From Mobula hypostoma (lineage: Eukaryota): 64,000 bases of DNA. Each line of letters opens with the position of its first letter. Position 1 is the stretch's first letter. The stretch is taken from the NCBI RefSeq assembly GCF_963921235.1, contig NC_086097.1:253644001-253708000 (forward strand). The letters run 5' to 3'. This document shows positions 38,041-49,423 of this stretch, one piece after another. The position numbers and the translations under genes are program-made. The notes under the pieces were generated by a model that worked only from the letters and a program-made list of their open reading frames with translations, made no database searches and had not been told where the DNA came from.

Positions 38041-39454
38041 CCAAACACACGAACACTGTCCTCTAATCCCAGGACTGGCTGTCTACAGACTACAGCCTCC
38101 AGAGGACTCACAGATTCACAGACTTTGGGGCTTGGATTTTCCAGTGCACTCGAAGACTCAGGACTTGAACTTTCAGGCCTCATCTTCCAGACTTCAGATT
38201 GCCCTTGAGGTTTCGACCTCAGGACTCACTGTTGACGATAAGCAAGGTCCCTGGATGAGGGCCCAGGCACGAGGGCTCGAACTCCAGGCTCACGATGATG
38301 GTGTAGGGTGACGTAATTGGTGGAAATGTACATAACTCACAACCATCGATATTGAGTTGGGGCTCACTTTGAGATGCAGGGCTGGCGTGATGATGTATCA
38401 TGTGAAGTTCTTTTACCGTGCTTTTTGTGTTCAGTGCTGTACAATAAATGAGTTGTTATGGAATTTCTTAAACACAAAATGCCTCGCATTGTTTTTGTGA
38501 CCTCCGCGTGAGGTGGCTGGAAATCTGGTGCTCGACCCATGTCTACGACTGTGGGCTTGGTGAGGTTTGGGAATTCGCCGGTAAACTCACATGCCTTGCT
38601 ACATGCGCTGGACTGGTCTGGTGGGCGGACATGACCAGGGCATTTGATGATAGCAAATGAGCTCTTGCCACGCAACCCTTCTGACACTCCTGCTCCCTGA
38701 CGCACCCATAGCCATTACTACTGACACTTCAGACTGTGCTGTGCACAGACAGTTGGTCTGAGGCATGTGGCAGCTGCTCGCCTTCTTTAGCCAGCAGCTC
38801 TGACCCCCTAAAGGAAGCTGACTGTGAGCTTCTCAGTCTCTATCTGCCTGTCCACCATTTTGTTATACAGGGTCGCCATTTCCCAGCATTCATCGTGCAC
38901 ACGATGGCCAAAATCTCAGATCCTTGGTCTGTATAGAAGCAAAGCCAACCGGCCTACATATCAGAGTTCACAACTATTATACAATATGTCAAGGGGAAAA
39001 GTAACGTCATGGCTGATTGCCTCTCACGTCCAACCGCTGAGGCCATAAACATAGGAGTTAACTATGCTGGCATGGCAGCTGACCGAGTTACTGACCCAGA
39101 GCTCCAGGCTTAGCAAACAGCCGTCAAGGGCTTGTGGTTAGCTGACGTTAAGTTTGGGAAAGCTGGGGTTTCTCCCTTTTCCGATGTCTCAACCGGTCAC
39201 CCTCACCCAATCATGCCCGCAAACTGGAGGCTGACTGTTTTTAACTCCGTACATGGCCTCTCGCATACGGGCCTGAAGACCTCCCAGAAACCAGTTGCAC
39301 TGAAGTTTGTGTGGCACTGCCTTAGAAAACGTGTGTGATTGGAGTACAGCCTGCGTGGACTGCCAGCGAGAAAAAATTAACCATCATGTCCAGGTGCCAT
39401 TGGCATCTTTTGAGGTCCCCGAGTGACGGTTTGACCATGTCAATGTGGACCTTG

Positions 39455-40650
39455 AACTCTATGAGGAAGTGGATGTCATTTACTTGGAGTTTCAGAAGGC
39501 ATTTGATAAGGTGCCACACATGAGGCTGCTTAACAAGATAAAATCCTATGGCGTTACAGGAAAGATACTGGACACGGATAGTGGAATGGCTGACAGGCAG
39601 GAGGCAGCAAGTGGGAATAAAGGCCTTTTCTTGTTGGCTGCCAGTGACTAGTGGTGTTCCTGAGGGGTCAGTATTGGGACAGCTACTTTTCACATTGTTT
39701 GTCAGTGATTTGTACAATGGAATTGATGACTATGTGGCAAAGTTTGCAGATGATACAAAGATAGGTGGAGGGGTAGGTAGTGCTGAGGAAGCAATGTGAT
39801 TGCAGCAGGACTTAGACAAATTGGAAGAATGGGCAAAAAAGTGTCAGATGGAATACAGTGTTAGGAAATGTATGACAATGCATTTTCGTAAAAGGGAAAA
39901 TATTGCAGACTGTTATCTAAATGGGGAGAAGGTTCAAACATCAGAGGTGCAGAGGGACTTAGGAATCCTCGTCCAAGACTCCCAGAAGGTTAATTTACAG
40001 GTTGAGTCTGTGGTAAAGAAGGCAAATGCAATGTTGACATTTATTTGAAGGGGAATAGAATATAAAAGCAAGAAATTAATGCTGAGCCTTTATAAGACAC
40101 TAGGCAGGCCGCACTTGTGTGTCATATCTCAGAAAGGATGTGTTGTCATTGGAGAATCCAGGGAAGGTTCACAAGGATGATTCTGGGAATGAAGGGGTTA
40201 ACATATGAGGAGCATTTGACAGCTTTGGGCCTGTACTCACTGGAATTTAGAAGAATTGCCGGGGATCTCACTGAAACCTACCGAATGTCGAAAGGACTAG
40301 ACAGGGTGGATGTGGAGAGGATGTTTCCTATGGTGGAGGTATCCAGAGCTAGAGGGCACAGCCTCAAAATTGAGGGGTGACACTGTAGAACAGAGGTAAG
40401 GAGGATTTTTTTTTTAGCCAGAGAGAAGTAAATCTGTGGAATGTTCTACCACTGGCTGTGGTGGTGGCCAAGTCCATGGGTGTATTTAAGGCGGAAGTTG
40501 ATAGTTTCCAGATCAGTCAGGGCATCAAAGGATATGGTGAGAAGGCAGATTTATGGGGTTGATTGGGATCTGGGATCAGCCATGATGGAATGGTGAAGTA
40601 GATTAGATGGGCTGAATGGCCTAATTCTGCTCCTGTGTCTTATGGTATCT
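39455..40650 (+). mobile_element. Degenerate CR1 RT-to-3' fragment nested in the old Gypsy
   Basis: EFQKAFDKVPH, GVPEGSVLG, KFADD. Confidence 0.9.
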
Positions 40651-41236
40651 TCCCCACTCCTGTGGTTTCACACATTTCTTATCATGGCAGACTGTACCAC
40701 CAGGTGGCCAGGGGTCGTCCTTCCATCATCGACGACCGCAGACATGGCGACTGTGGTCCCCAATTCATACCAGACCTCTGGGCTGCTCTGAGAGCTTCCT
40801 TGACCTGCATGATCATCTCCCATGGGTCCTGCTGGGGCGCAGAACTCTCCAGAGGAGGACTTGCAGTCGTCCACAGCTGAATTGGTATACAGGCAGTCAT
40901 TGCAAGTGCAGGTTATTTTATTCCTGACACCACACCTACCTGATTGGCCTCCCAACAACATTTCACCCTCCTCAGTAAATTCAATTCCTTTTCACCTATT
41001 CCTACTTCCCATCGTGGCATACAGCGTGCTTGGATTCCTGTTGACCTACATTCTATCTCGTTTGTTTTCATCTGCCATGATGCACGCTGACATCTCCTTA
41101 GGCCCTCTTACGATGCGTCGTTCCACATTGTGGAACGCAGAGAAAAGACTTTAACATGGATAAGAAGGGTAAAGCTGAATGAATTTTGGTAGATCACCTT
41201 AGATTTAGAGGATTCCGCTACCATGCCCCTGGCATC

Positions 41237-41302
41237 ACAACACGACCACGAGCGTAACAACACGACCACGAGCGTAACAACACGACCACGAGCGTAACAA
41301 CA
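41237..41302 (+). repeat. 20-bp tandem repeat, 3.3 copies
   Basis: Exact repeats of acaacacgaccacgagcgta. Confidence 0.9.
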
Positions 41303-41627
41303 TACCTCTGGACAAGCTAGAGGAACCTGCTGGAACATTGGACCCAATCCGGGAGGTTTGTCTGATCTCCAGACAGGCTCACAATGCTGGTTTTTGTGGA
41401 TTTTGGGGATGGGGGTGGTGGCTGTGTATTGTAACGTAATTGGGAGAAACATACATAATTTACAACCACCGACATTGAGTTGGGGTTCACTTTAAGAGGC
41501 TGGTGTGTTGTGATGATGTATTACATGAAGTTCTTTTGTTGCGCTTTGTGTTCTGTGGTTGGAGAACAATAAATGAGTTGTTACAGTTTTTCTTAGACAT
41601 AAAAACGCTTCACACCATTTTATTTGT

Positions 41628-41745
41628 GACTCACTTATGATGGGAGCCTGAACTCTAGGCCTCGAACTCTGGACTCACCTATGATGGGAGTCTGGACACT
41701 AGGCCTCGAACTCTGGACTGACTTATGATGGGAATATGGACACTC
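41628..41745 (+). repeat. About 44-bp tandem repeat, 2.5 copies
   Basis: Variants of gactcacttatgatgggagcctgaactctaggcctcgaactctg. Confidence 0.8.
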
Positions 41746-41749
41746 GCTA

Positions 41750-42385
41750 AAGGTGGTCACACTCAGAGTGCAAGTTTCAGATAGTAGATGGGTGACCCGC
41801 AGCAGAGGTAAGGGGAGTAAACAGTTCCCCTTGCCCATTCCCCTCAGCAACAAGTACACCCCTTTGGATTGTGCTGGTGGGGTGGAGGGAGACCCATTAG
41901 AGCACCTGTATGGCCAGCTCTGTGGCTCAGCAGGGAAGGGTAAAGCCAGGCAGAGCGATAGTGATAGGAAGCTTGATAGTTAGGGGACAGACAGTAGATT
42001 AGTGGCCGTGAAGGAGATGATGTGTAATCTCCCCGGTGCTAGGCCCCAGGATATCTCAGAGTGGCTACAGAAGGTTTTCAAGAGGGAGGGTGAGCAGCCA
42101 GAGGTCGTGGTGCACATCGACACTGATGGCAACAGTAGAAAGGAGGAAGAGGTCCTGCACAGTGAGTATAAGGAGTTAGGGAAGAGGCTGAAGGCCAGGA
42201 CCCATAAGGTCGTAATCTCTGGATGACTCCCAGAACCACGCGCTTATTGGCCAGGAACAGGATGAGGGTGCAGATGAACGAGTGGCTGAGGAAGTGGGGC
42301 TGGCAACAAAGTTTCAGATCTCTGGATAATTGGGGAAGGGGTGACCTGTACAAGAGGGACTTGCTGCACCAATATCCTGTACAAG
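41750..42385 (+). mobile_element. Degenerate CR1 ORF1 (SGNH/GDSL esterase-like) remnant
   Basis: LSNKYTPL, VIGSLIVRG, LPGAR..D, QPEVVVHI, KVVISG, typical of CR1 ORF1. Confidence 0.7.
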
Positions 42386-42676
42386 AGTGATCATAACATG
42401 ATTGGGTTCACTGTGAAATTTGAAAAAGAGAAGCCAAAATCTGATGTGTCGGTGTTTCAGTGGAGTAAAGGAAATTACAGTGGCATGAGAGAGGAACTGG
42501 CCAAAGTTGACTGGAAAGGGACACTGGCGGGAAAGACGGCAGAGCAGCAATGGCTGGAGTTTATGTGAGAAATGAGGAAGGTGTGTGGTAAACCATGTAT
42601 ATATGTTGTAACTCGGTTACCTGTCTGGACACACCCCTCTGCTGACTGCCCCTGTGGCTCCTCCCACAGAGTCCTG

Positions 42677-42757
42677 TATAAAGGTGTTCGCCTTGCCCCT
42701 CCCCCTCAGTCCGGGGGCAGACACTCACTGTGGAGGTCGTATTGTACAGCGAATAAA
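42677..42757 (+). promoter_or_regulatory. 5' LTR TATA box (42677-42682), Inr-like tcagt (42706-42710) and poly(A) signal AATAAA (42752-42757)
   Basis: Motifs at canonical spacing (Inr A is 31 nt after the TATA start); function inferred. Confidence 0.6.
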
Positions 42758-42838
42758 AGCCTTTCAGTATTTTACCAAACCTCAGTCTTTTGGAGTAATT
42801 GAAGGTGCTTCAATTTTATTCGCTGTACATTTTAAAAC

Positions 42839-45800
42839 ATGGAACAGGCCCTGAGACCAGAAAAATTAGACCTCCATCCGCAAATGCCTGACGCTGGAAA
42901 CGCTTTCGAACTCTGGCTGGCCTGCTTCGAAGCGTATCTAGAGGAGATTAAAGCGACCGACTCCGTAGCGAAGCGCAGAGTTCTACTCTCCAGGGTCAGT
43001 CCACGGGTCTATTCGCTGATCAGAGACCAGCCGAACTACGATGGCGCGATGAACGCACTCAAAAGACAATACCTGCGGCCGATAAACAGCGTCTATGCTC
43101 AGCATCGCTTAGCGACACGGCAACAACGGTCCGGGGAATCCAGTGCTGAGTTCGTCCAGGCCCTACGGACGCTCGTGCGAGCCTGCAATTGCCAGGAGCT
43201 GACGGCAGCGCAGCATGCAGAACTCCTAGTAAGAGACGCCTTCGTCACGGGGACCAGGTCAGTGTACGTGTGCCGGCGGCTGCTGGGAAAAGCCGATCTT
43301 ACCCTAAGTTCGGCGATCGAGCTGGCTGATACGTTGGAGGCCACTCTGCATAACTCCGAGGCTCTCCAGGCACGCGATCCCCCGATGGCCTCGTGGGTGC
43401 CGCAGACCCCGCAACCTGCCGGCGAATCGACCTCGGCTGCCGCCAGTCGTGAGTCCATGAAGTGCTACTTCTGCGGACTGGAGAAGCACCCCCGGAAACG
43501 CTGCCCGGCCCGACAAGCTACCTGTTCCATCTGCGGAAAGAAGGGCCACTTCGCCAAGGTCTGTAAGTCAAAACCACGAGCGGGATCGAGCAGCGCCACG
43601 TGCGAGACATGGGGGCCGCCATCTTGGTCAGCGCCACCTCCCACCGCCTATGACCAACGGGTGCTCACGGGGCACCCCACCGCACTGGACCAAGACAGCG
43701 ACTCAACTCTGGCTTCCATGACCCTTGACCAAAGCGCTCCCCACCAGCTCGCAAGGTCAGTGATGGACATCCTGGTGGAGGGGCACAGGACAAGCTGCCT
43801 GTTTGACACAGGCAGCACGGAGAGTTTTATCCACCCGGCCACGGTACAGCATTGTGGACTCATGATACGGCCGGTAGGTCGGAGGGTCACCATGGCCTCC
43901 AGGTCGCATACAACAGACATCCGGGGGGGTTGTGTAGCGACCCTAGTGGTGCAGGGCACAGAATATCGGGACTTTACGTTACTGGTCTTGCCTCAACTGT
44001 GTGCCCCTGTGCTGTTGGGGTTGGACTTCCAGAGCCACCTGAAAAGCGTGACAATGAAGTATGATGGGCCCCTCCCACCAATTACTGTCATAAATCCCCT
44101 GTTTTGTAGAGATATGTCACGTACCCCGCTACTGACCACACACACACACCAACCCGCGCATCCCACCCAACATCATGCCAACTGCCACACTACCGACACC
44201 ACTTGCGGCCTCTCCACCCTCAGGATCCCTCCCCCACCGCTGTTCGCCAACCTGACCCCTGACTGTAAACCCGTGGCAACTAAAAGCAGGAGGTACAGCG
44301 CGGGGGACAGAGCTTTCATTAAGTCGGAGGTGCAGCGGCTGCTCAGGGAGGGGGTCATTGAGGCAAGCACAAGTCCTTGGAGGGCGCAGGTGGTGGTTGT
44401 TCGGAACGGGGAGAAGAATAGGATGGTCGTGGACTATAGCCAGACCATCAATAGGTTCACGCAGCTCGACGCGTACCCTCTACCCCGCATCGCGGATATG
44501 GTCAATCAGATAGCACAGTACAAGGTGTACTCGACCATAGACCTAAAATCCGCTTACCATCAGCTCCCCATCCGCCAGGAGGACCGCCCTTACACTGCCT
44601 TCAAGGCGGACGGCAGGCTTTATCAATTCCTGCGCGTCCCCTTTAGTGTCACGAATGGTGTATCTGTCTTCCAGAGGGCAATGGACCGGATGGTGGACCA
44701 GTGCCATCTGAAGGCCACGTTCCCATATCTGGATAACATCACCATCTGCGGTCATGACTAGCAGGATCACGACAACAACCTCCAAAAATTTCTCCAAGCG
44801 GCCAAATCTTTCAACCTCACCTATAACAAGGACAAGTGTGTATTTGGGACCACCCGACTTGCTATCCTTGGGTGTGTCGTGGAGAATGGAGTCATTGGTC
44901 CTGACCCCGACCCTTGTTGGAACTCCCTCTTCCCAATACCCTCAGAGCCCTCAAAAGGTGCCTGGGCTTCTTTTCATATTACGCCCAATGGGTCTCTAAC
45001 TATGCAGACAAGGCCCGCCCCCTGGTCAAGTCCACCACATTCCCCCTCTCTGCCGAGGCCCACGCGGCCTTCAACCGCATAAAAGGGGACATTGCCAAAG
45101 CAGCAATGCATGCGGTGGATGAGGCCATTCCCTTCCAAGTAGAGAGTGACGCCTCCGACTTTGCGCTGGCTGCTACCCTCAACCAGGCAGGAAGACCAGT
45201 GGCGTTCTTCTCCCGTACCATTCAAGGCCCTGAAATTCGGCACTTTGTGGTAGAGAAAGAGGCCCAGGCCATAGTGGAAGCTATAAGGCACTGGAGGCAC
45301 TATCTTGCCGGCAAAAGGTTCACCCTGCTAACTGACCAGCGTTCAGTTGCGTTCATGTTTAATAATCAGCAGCGGAGCAAAATCAAAAATGATAAAATTC
45401 TGAGGTGGAGAATCGAACTCTCCACCTACAACTATGACATCATGTACAGGCCTGGGAAGCTCAACGAGCCCTCCGATGCCCTATCCCGGGGAACATGCGC
45501 CAGCGCGCAGATCAACCGGCTATACGCCCTACATGTAGACCTTTGCCACCCGGGAGTCACCCGGCTTTTCCACTTCGTGAAAGCCCGGAACCTGCCTTAC
45601 TCCCTTGAGGAGATCAGGATGATGACCAGGGACAGCCAAGTCTGCGCAGAGTGCAAACCGCACTTCTACCAACCTGAAAAGGCACCACTCATCAAGGCCA
45701 CCCGCCCCTTTGAGCGACTGAGTGTTGACTTTAAGGGCCCCCTTCCCTCCACCGACCGCAATGTGTACTTTCTTAATGTAATTGACGAGTACTCGCGGTT

Positions 45801-46644
45801 CCCCTTCGCCATCCCCTGCCCCGACACCACTACCACGTCAGTTATAAAAGCCCTGCGCAAGCTCTTCACTCTGTTCGGATACCCATGCTATATCCACAGT
45901 GACAGAGGGTCCTCGTTTATGAGTGACAAGCTGCGCCAATATCTACCGGCTAGGGGAATTGGAACTAGTAGGACCACGAGCTATAATCCCCGGAGGAATG
46001 GACAGGTGGGGAAGGAGAATGGCACAGTGTGGAAAGCCACACTCTTAGCCCTCAGGTCAAAGGGACTGCCGGTCTCCCGCTGGCAGGAGGTCCTTCCCGA
46101 GGCACTCCACTCCATCCGCTCCCTGTTATGCACAGCCACCAATGCCACCCCTCATGAGCGGCTCTTTTCTTTTCCCAGAAAATCAACCACTGGAACCACC
46201 CTACCATCTTGGCTGATGTCCCCGGGGCCAGTGCTGCTCCGGAAACATGCCAGGAGCAATAAATATTCCCCGATAGTCGAGAGGGTTCACTTACTTCATG
46301 CGAACCCCCAGTACACCTACGTGGTTTTACCTGATGGGCGGGAGGACACGGTCTCCATCTGCGACCTGGCGCCCGCAGGAGCTCCGGGCCCCTACCCTGA
46401 ACACTCCGTGGTGACTATTGACCCCGTACCCACCAATGTATGTACCTACGAGACACCGTGCACCCCAAACCCTATACAGACACCACACGACACTCCCATA
46501 CCGGGCGCGACGCACACGCACGAGGGATTACCGACGCCTAACGTGCTGGCACCTGAAGTCAGGCCGGAGCCAGCACAACCGCCATCGCCGGTGCTACGTA
46601 GATCACAGCGACGGACTCGACCGCCTGATAGACTTAACCTGTAA
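42839..46644 (+). pseudogene. Gypsy gag-pol polyprotein, disrupted
   Basis: Gag with two CCHC knuckles, protease LFDTGS, RT (SPWRA, DLKSAYHQ, YLDN), RNase H (SDAS, EKEA, TDQ), integrase (SVD, SDRG); TAG at 44759-44761 and a frameshift near 44913. Confidence 0.92.
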
Positions 46645-48273
46645 ATATACTTCTTGTAAATATTGTCAGTCACTTCACCCCGCAGGACTCTTTTTAAAAA
46701 AGGAGGGGTGAATGTGGTAAACCATGTATATATGTTGTAACTGGGTTACCTGTCTGGACACACCCCTCTGCTGACTGCCCCTGTGGCTCCTCCCACAGAG
46801 TCCTGTATAAAGGTGTTCGCCTTGCCCCTCCCCCTCAGTCCGGGGGCAGACACTCACTGTGGAGGTCGTATTGTACAGCGAATAAAAGCCTTTCAGTATT
46901 TTACCAAACCTCAGTCTTTTGGAGTAATTGAAGGTGCTTCAAGGTGCAAGACAGGTATATTCCAAAAAAGAAGAAATTTTCGCGTGGAAAAAGGATGCAA
47001 CCGTGGTTGACAAGAGAAGGCAAAGCCAAAATTAAAGCAAAGGAGAGGGCATACAAGGAAGCAAACATTAGTGGGAAGACAGAGGATTGGGAAGTTTTTA
47101 AAACCTTACAAAAGGAAACCAAGAAGGTCATTAAGAGAGAAAAGATTAACTATGAAAGGAAACTAGCAAATAATATCGAAGAGGATACTAAAAGCTTTTT
47201 CAAGTATGTAAAGAGTAAAAGACAGGTGAGAGTAGATATAGGACCGATAGAAAATGATGCTGGAGAAATTGTAATGGGAGATGAGGAGATGGCAGAGGAA
47301 CTGAACGAGTATTTTGCATCAGTCTTCACTGAGGAAGACATCAGCAGTATACCGGACACTCAAGGGTGGCAGGGAAGAGAAGTGTGTGCAGTCACAATTA
47401 CGACAGGGAAAGTACTCAGGAAGCTGAATAGTCTAAAGGTAGATAAATCTCCTGAACCAGATGGAATGCACCCTCGTGTTCTGAAGGAAGTACCTGTGGA
47501 GATTGCAGAGGCATTAGCGATGATCTTTCAAAAGTCGATAGATTCTGGCATGGTTCCGGAAGACTGGAAGATTGCAAATGTCACTCCGCTATTTAAGAAG
47601 GGGGCAAGGAAGCAAAATGGAAATTATAGACCTATTAGCTTGACATCCGTGGTTGGGAAGTTGTTGGAGTCGATTGTCAAGGATGAGGTTACAGAGTACC
47701 TGGAGGCATATGACAAGATAGGCAGAACTCAGCATGGATTCCTTAAAGGAAAATCCTGCCTGACAAACCTATTACAATTTTTTGAGGAAATTACAAGTAG
47801 GCTAGACAAGGGAGATGCCGTGGATGTTGTATATTTGGAATTTTCAGAAGGCCTTTGACAAGGTGCCACACATGGCCAGCTCTGTGGCTCAGCAGGGAAG
47901 GGTAAAGCCAGGCAAAGCGAGAGTGATAGGAAGCTTGATAGTTAGGGGACAGACAGTAGATTCAGTGGCCGTGACCAATAAGCTCCGGGACAGCTTCTTC
48001 CACCAGACCATCAGACTTGTTAATTCATGCTGATACAACTGTATTTCTATGTTATATTGACTGTCCTGTTGCACACACTATTTATTATAAATTACTATAA
48101 ATTGCACATTGCACATTTAGATGGAGATGTAACGTAAAGAATTCTACTCCTCATGTATGTGAAGGATGTAAGAAATAAAGTCAATTCAATTCAATTCAAA
48201 TCCAAACACACCAACACTGTCCTCCAATCCCAGGACTGGTTGTCCACAGACTACAGCCTCCAGAGGACTCACA

Positions 48274-49423
48274 GAAGTCGGCCATTCGGCCCATCGAGTC
48301 TGCTCCGCCATTTTATCATGAGCTGATCCATTCTCCCATTTAGTCCCACTCCCCCGCCTTCTCACCATAACCTTTGATGCCCTGGCTACTCAGATACCTA
48401 TCAATCTCTGCCTTAAATACACCCAATGACTTGGCCTCCACTGCCGCCCGTGGCAACAAATTCCATAGATTAACCACCCTCTGGCTAAAAGAATTTCTTT
48501 GCATCTCTGTTCTGAATGGGCGCCCTTTAATCCTTAAGTCATGCCCTCTCATACTAGACTCCCCCATCATGGGAAACAACTTTGCCACATCCACTCTGTC
48601 CATGCCTTTTAACATTCGAAATGTTTCTATGAGGTCTCCCCTCATTCTTCTAAACTCCAAGGAATACAGTCCAAGGGTGGACAAACGTTCCTCATATGTT
48701 AACCCTCTCATTCCCGGAATCATTCTAGTGAATCTTCTCTGTATCCTCTCCAACGTCAGCACATCCTTTCTTAAATAAGGAGACCAAAACTGCCCACAGT
48801 ACTCCAAGTGAGGTCTCACCAGCGCCTTATAGAGCCTCAACATCACATCCCTGCTCCTATACTCTATTCCTCTAGAAATGAATGCCAACATTGCGTTCGC
48901 CTTCTTCACCACCGACTCAACCTAGAGGTTAACCTTAAGGGTGTCCTGTACGAGGACTCCCAAGTCCCGTTGCATCTCAGAACTTTGAATTCTTTCCCCG
49001 TTTAAGTAATGGTCTGCCCGTTTATTTCTTATGCCAAAGTGCATAACCATACACTTTCCAACATTGTATTTCATTTGCCACTTCTTTGTCCATTCTTCCA
49101 ACCTATCCAAGTCGCTCTGCAGACTCTCCGTTTCCTCAGCACCACCGGCCCCTCCACCTATCTTCGTATCGTCAGCAAACTTAGCCACAAAGCCATCTAT
49201 TCCATAATCCAAATCGTTGATGTACAACGTAAGAGGAAGTGGCCCCAACACGGACCCCTGTGGAACACTACTGGTAACCAGCAGCCAACCAGAATGGGAT
49301 CCCTTTATTCCCACTCTCTGTTTCCTGCCAATCAGCCAACGCTCTATCCACGTATGTAACTTTCCCGTAATTCCATGGGCTCTTATCTTGTTAAGTAGCG
49401 CCATGTGTGACACCTTGTCAAAG
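48274..49423 (-). mobile_element. Inverted 3' part of the CR1 that ends at 47876
   Basis: Starts at FDKVSHM, where the + part stops, and runs through FADD to the 3'UTR, which lacks its terminal repeat tail. Confidence 0.88.

Larger units (their letters stand above)
38302..41633 (+). mobile_element. Old, deleted Gypsy LTR retrotransposon with diverged ~200-bp LTRs
   Basis: LTR-like direct repeats at about 38302-38505 and 41425-41633; G-rich PPT at 41405-41422; remnants YISEFTT..YVKGKSNVMADCLSR (RNase H end) and VHGLSH..KFVW (integrase Zn region). Confidence 0.75.
42584..46941 (+). mobile_element. Young full-length Gypsy LTR retrotransposon (4358 bp; Mag-like by its double Zn knuckle; no env or chromodomain)
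   Basis: 229-bp TG..CA LTRs (42584-42812, 46713-46941) with 1 mismatch; 5-bp TSD aggtg; PPT aaaaaaggaggggtgaa; domain order gag-PR-RT-RH-IN. Confidence 0.97.
42386..47876 (+). mobile_element. CR1 ORF2 5' part (EN end to RT start), interrupted by the young Gypsy
   Basis: SDHNMI..EQQWLEF|..QDRYIPKKK..KAFDKVPHM; same subfamily as 16230-18970 and 55176-57955. Confidence 0.9.

Noticed and set aside
46418..46644. Pro/Thr-rich integrase tail as a chromodomain or env remnant
   Set aside because: Low-complexity sequence ending in LRRSQRRTRPPDRLNL, a common Gypsy integrase terminus; no chromodomain or TM segment.
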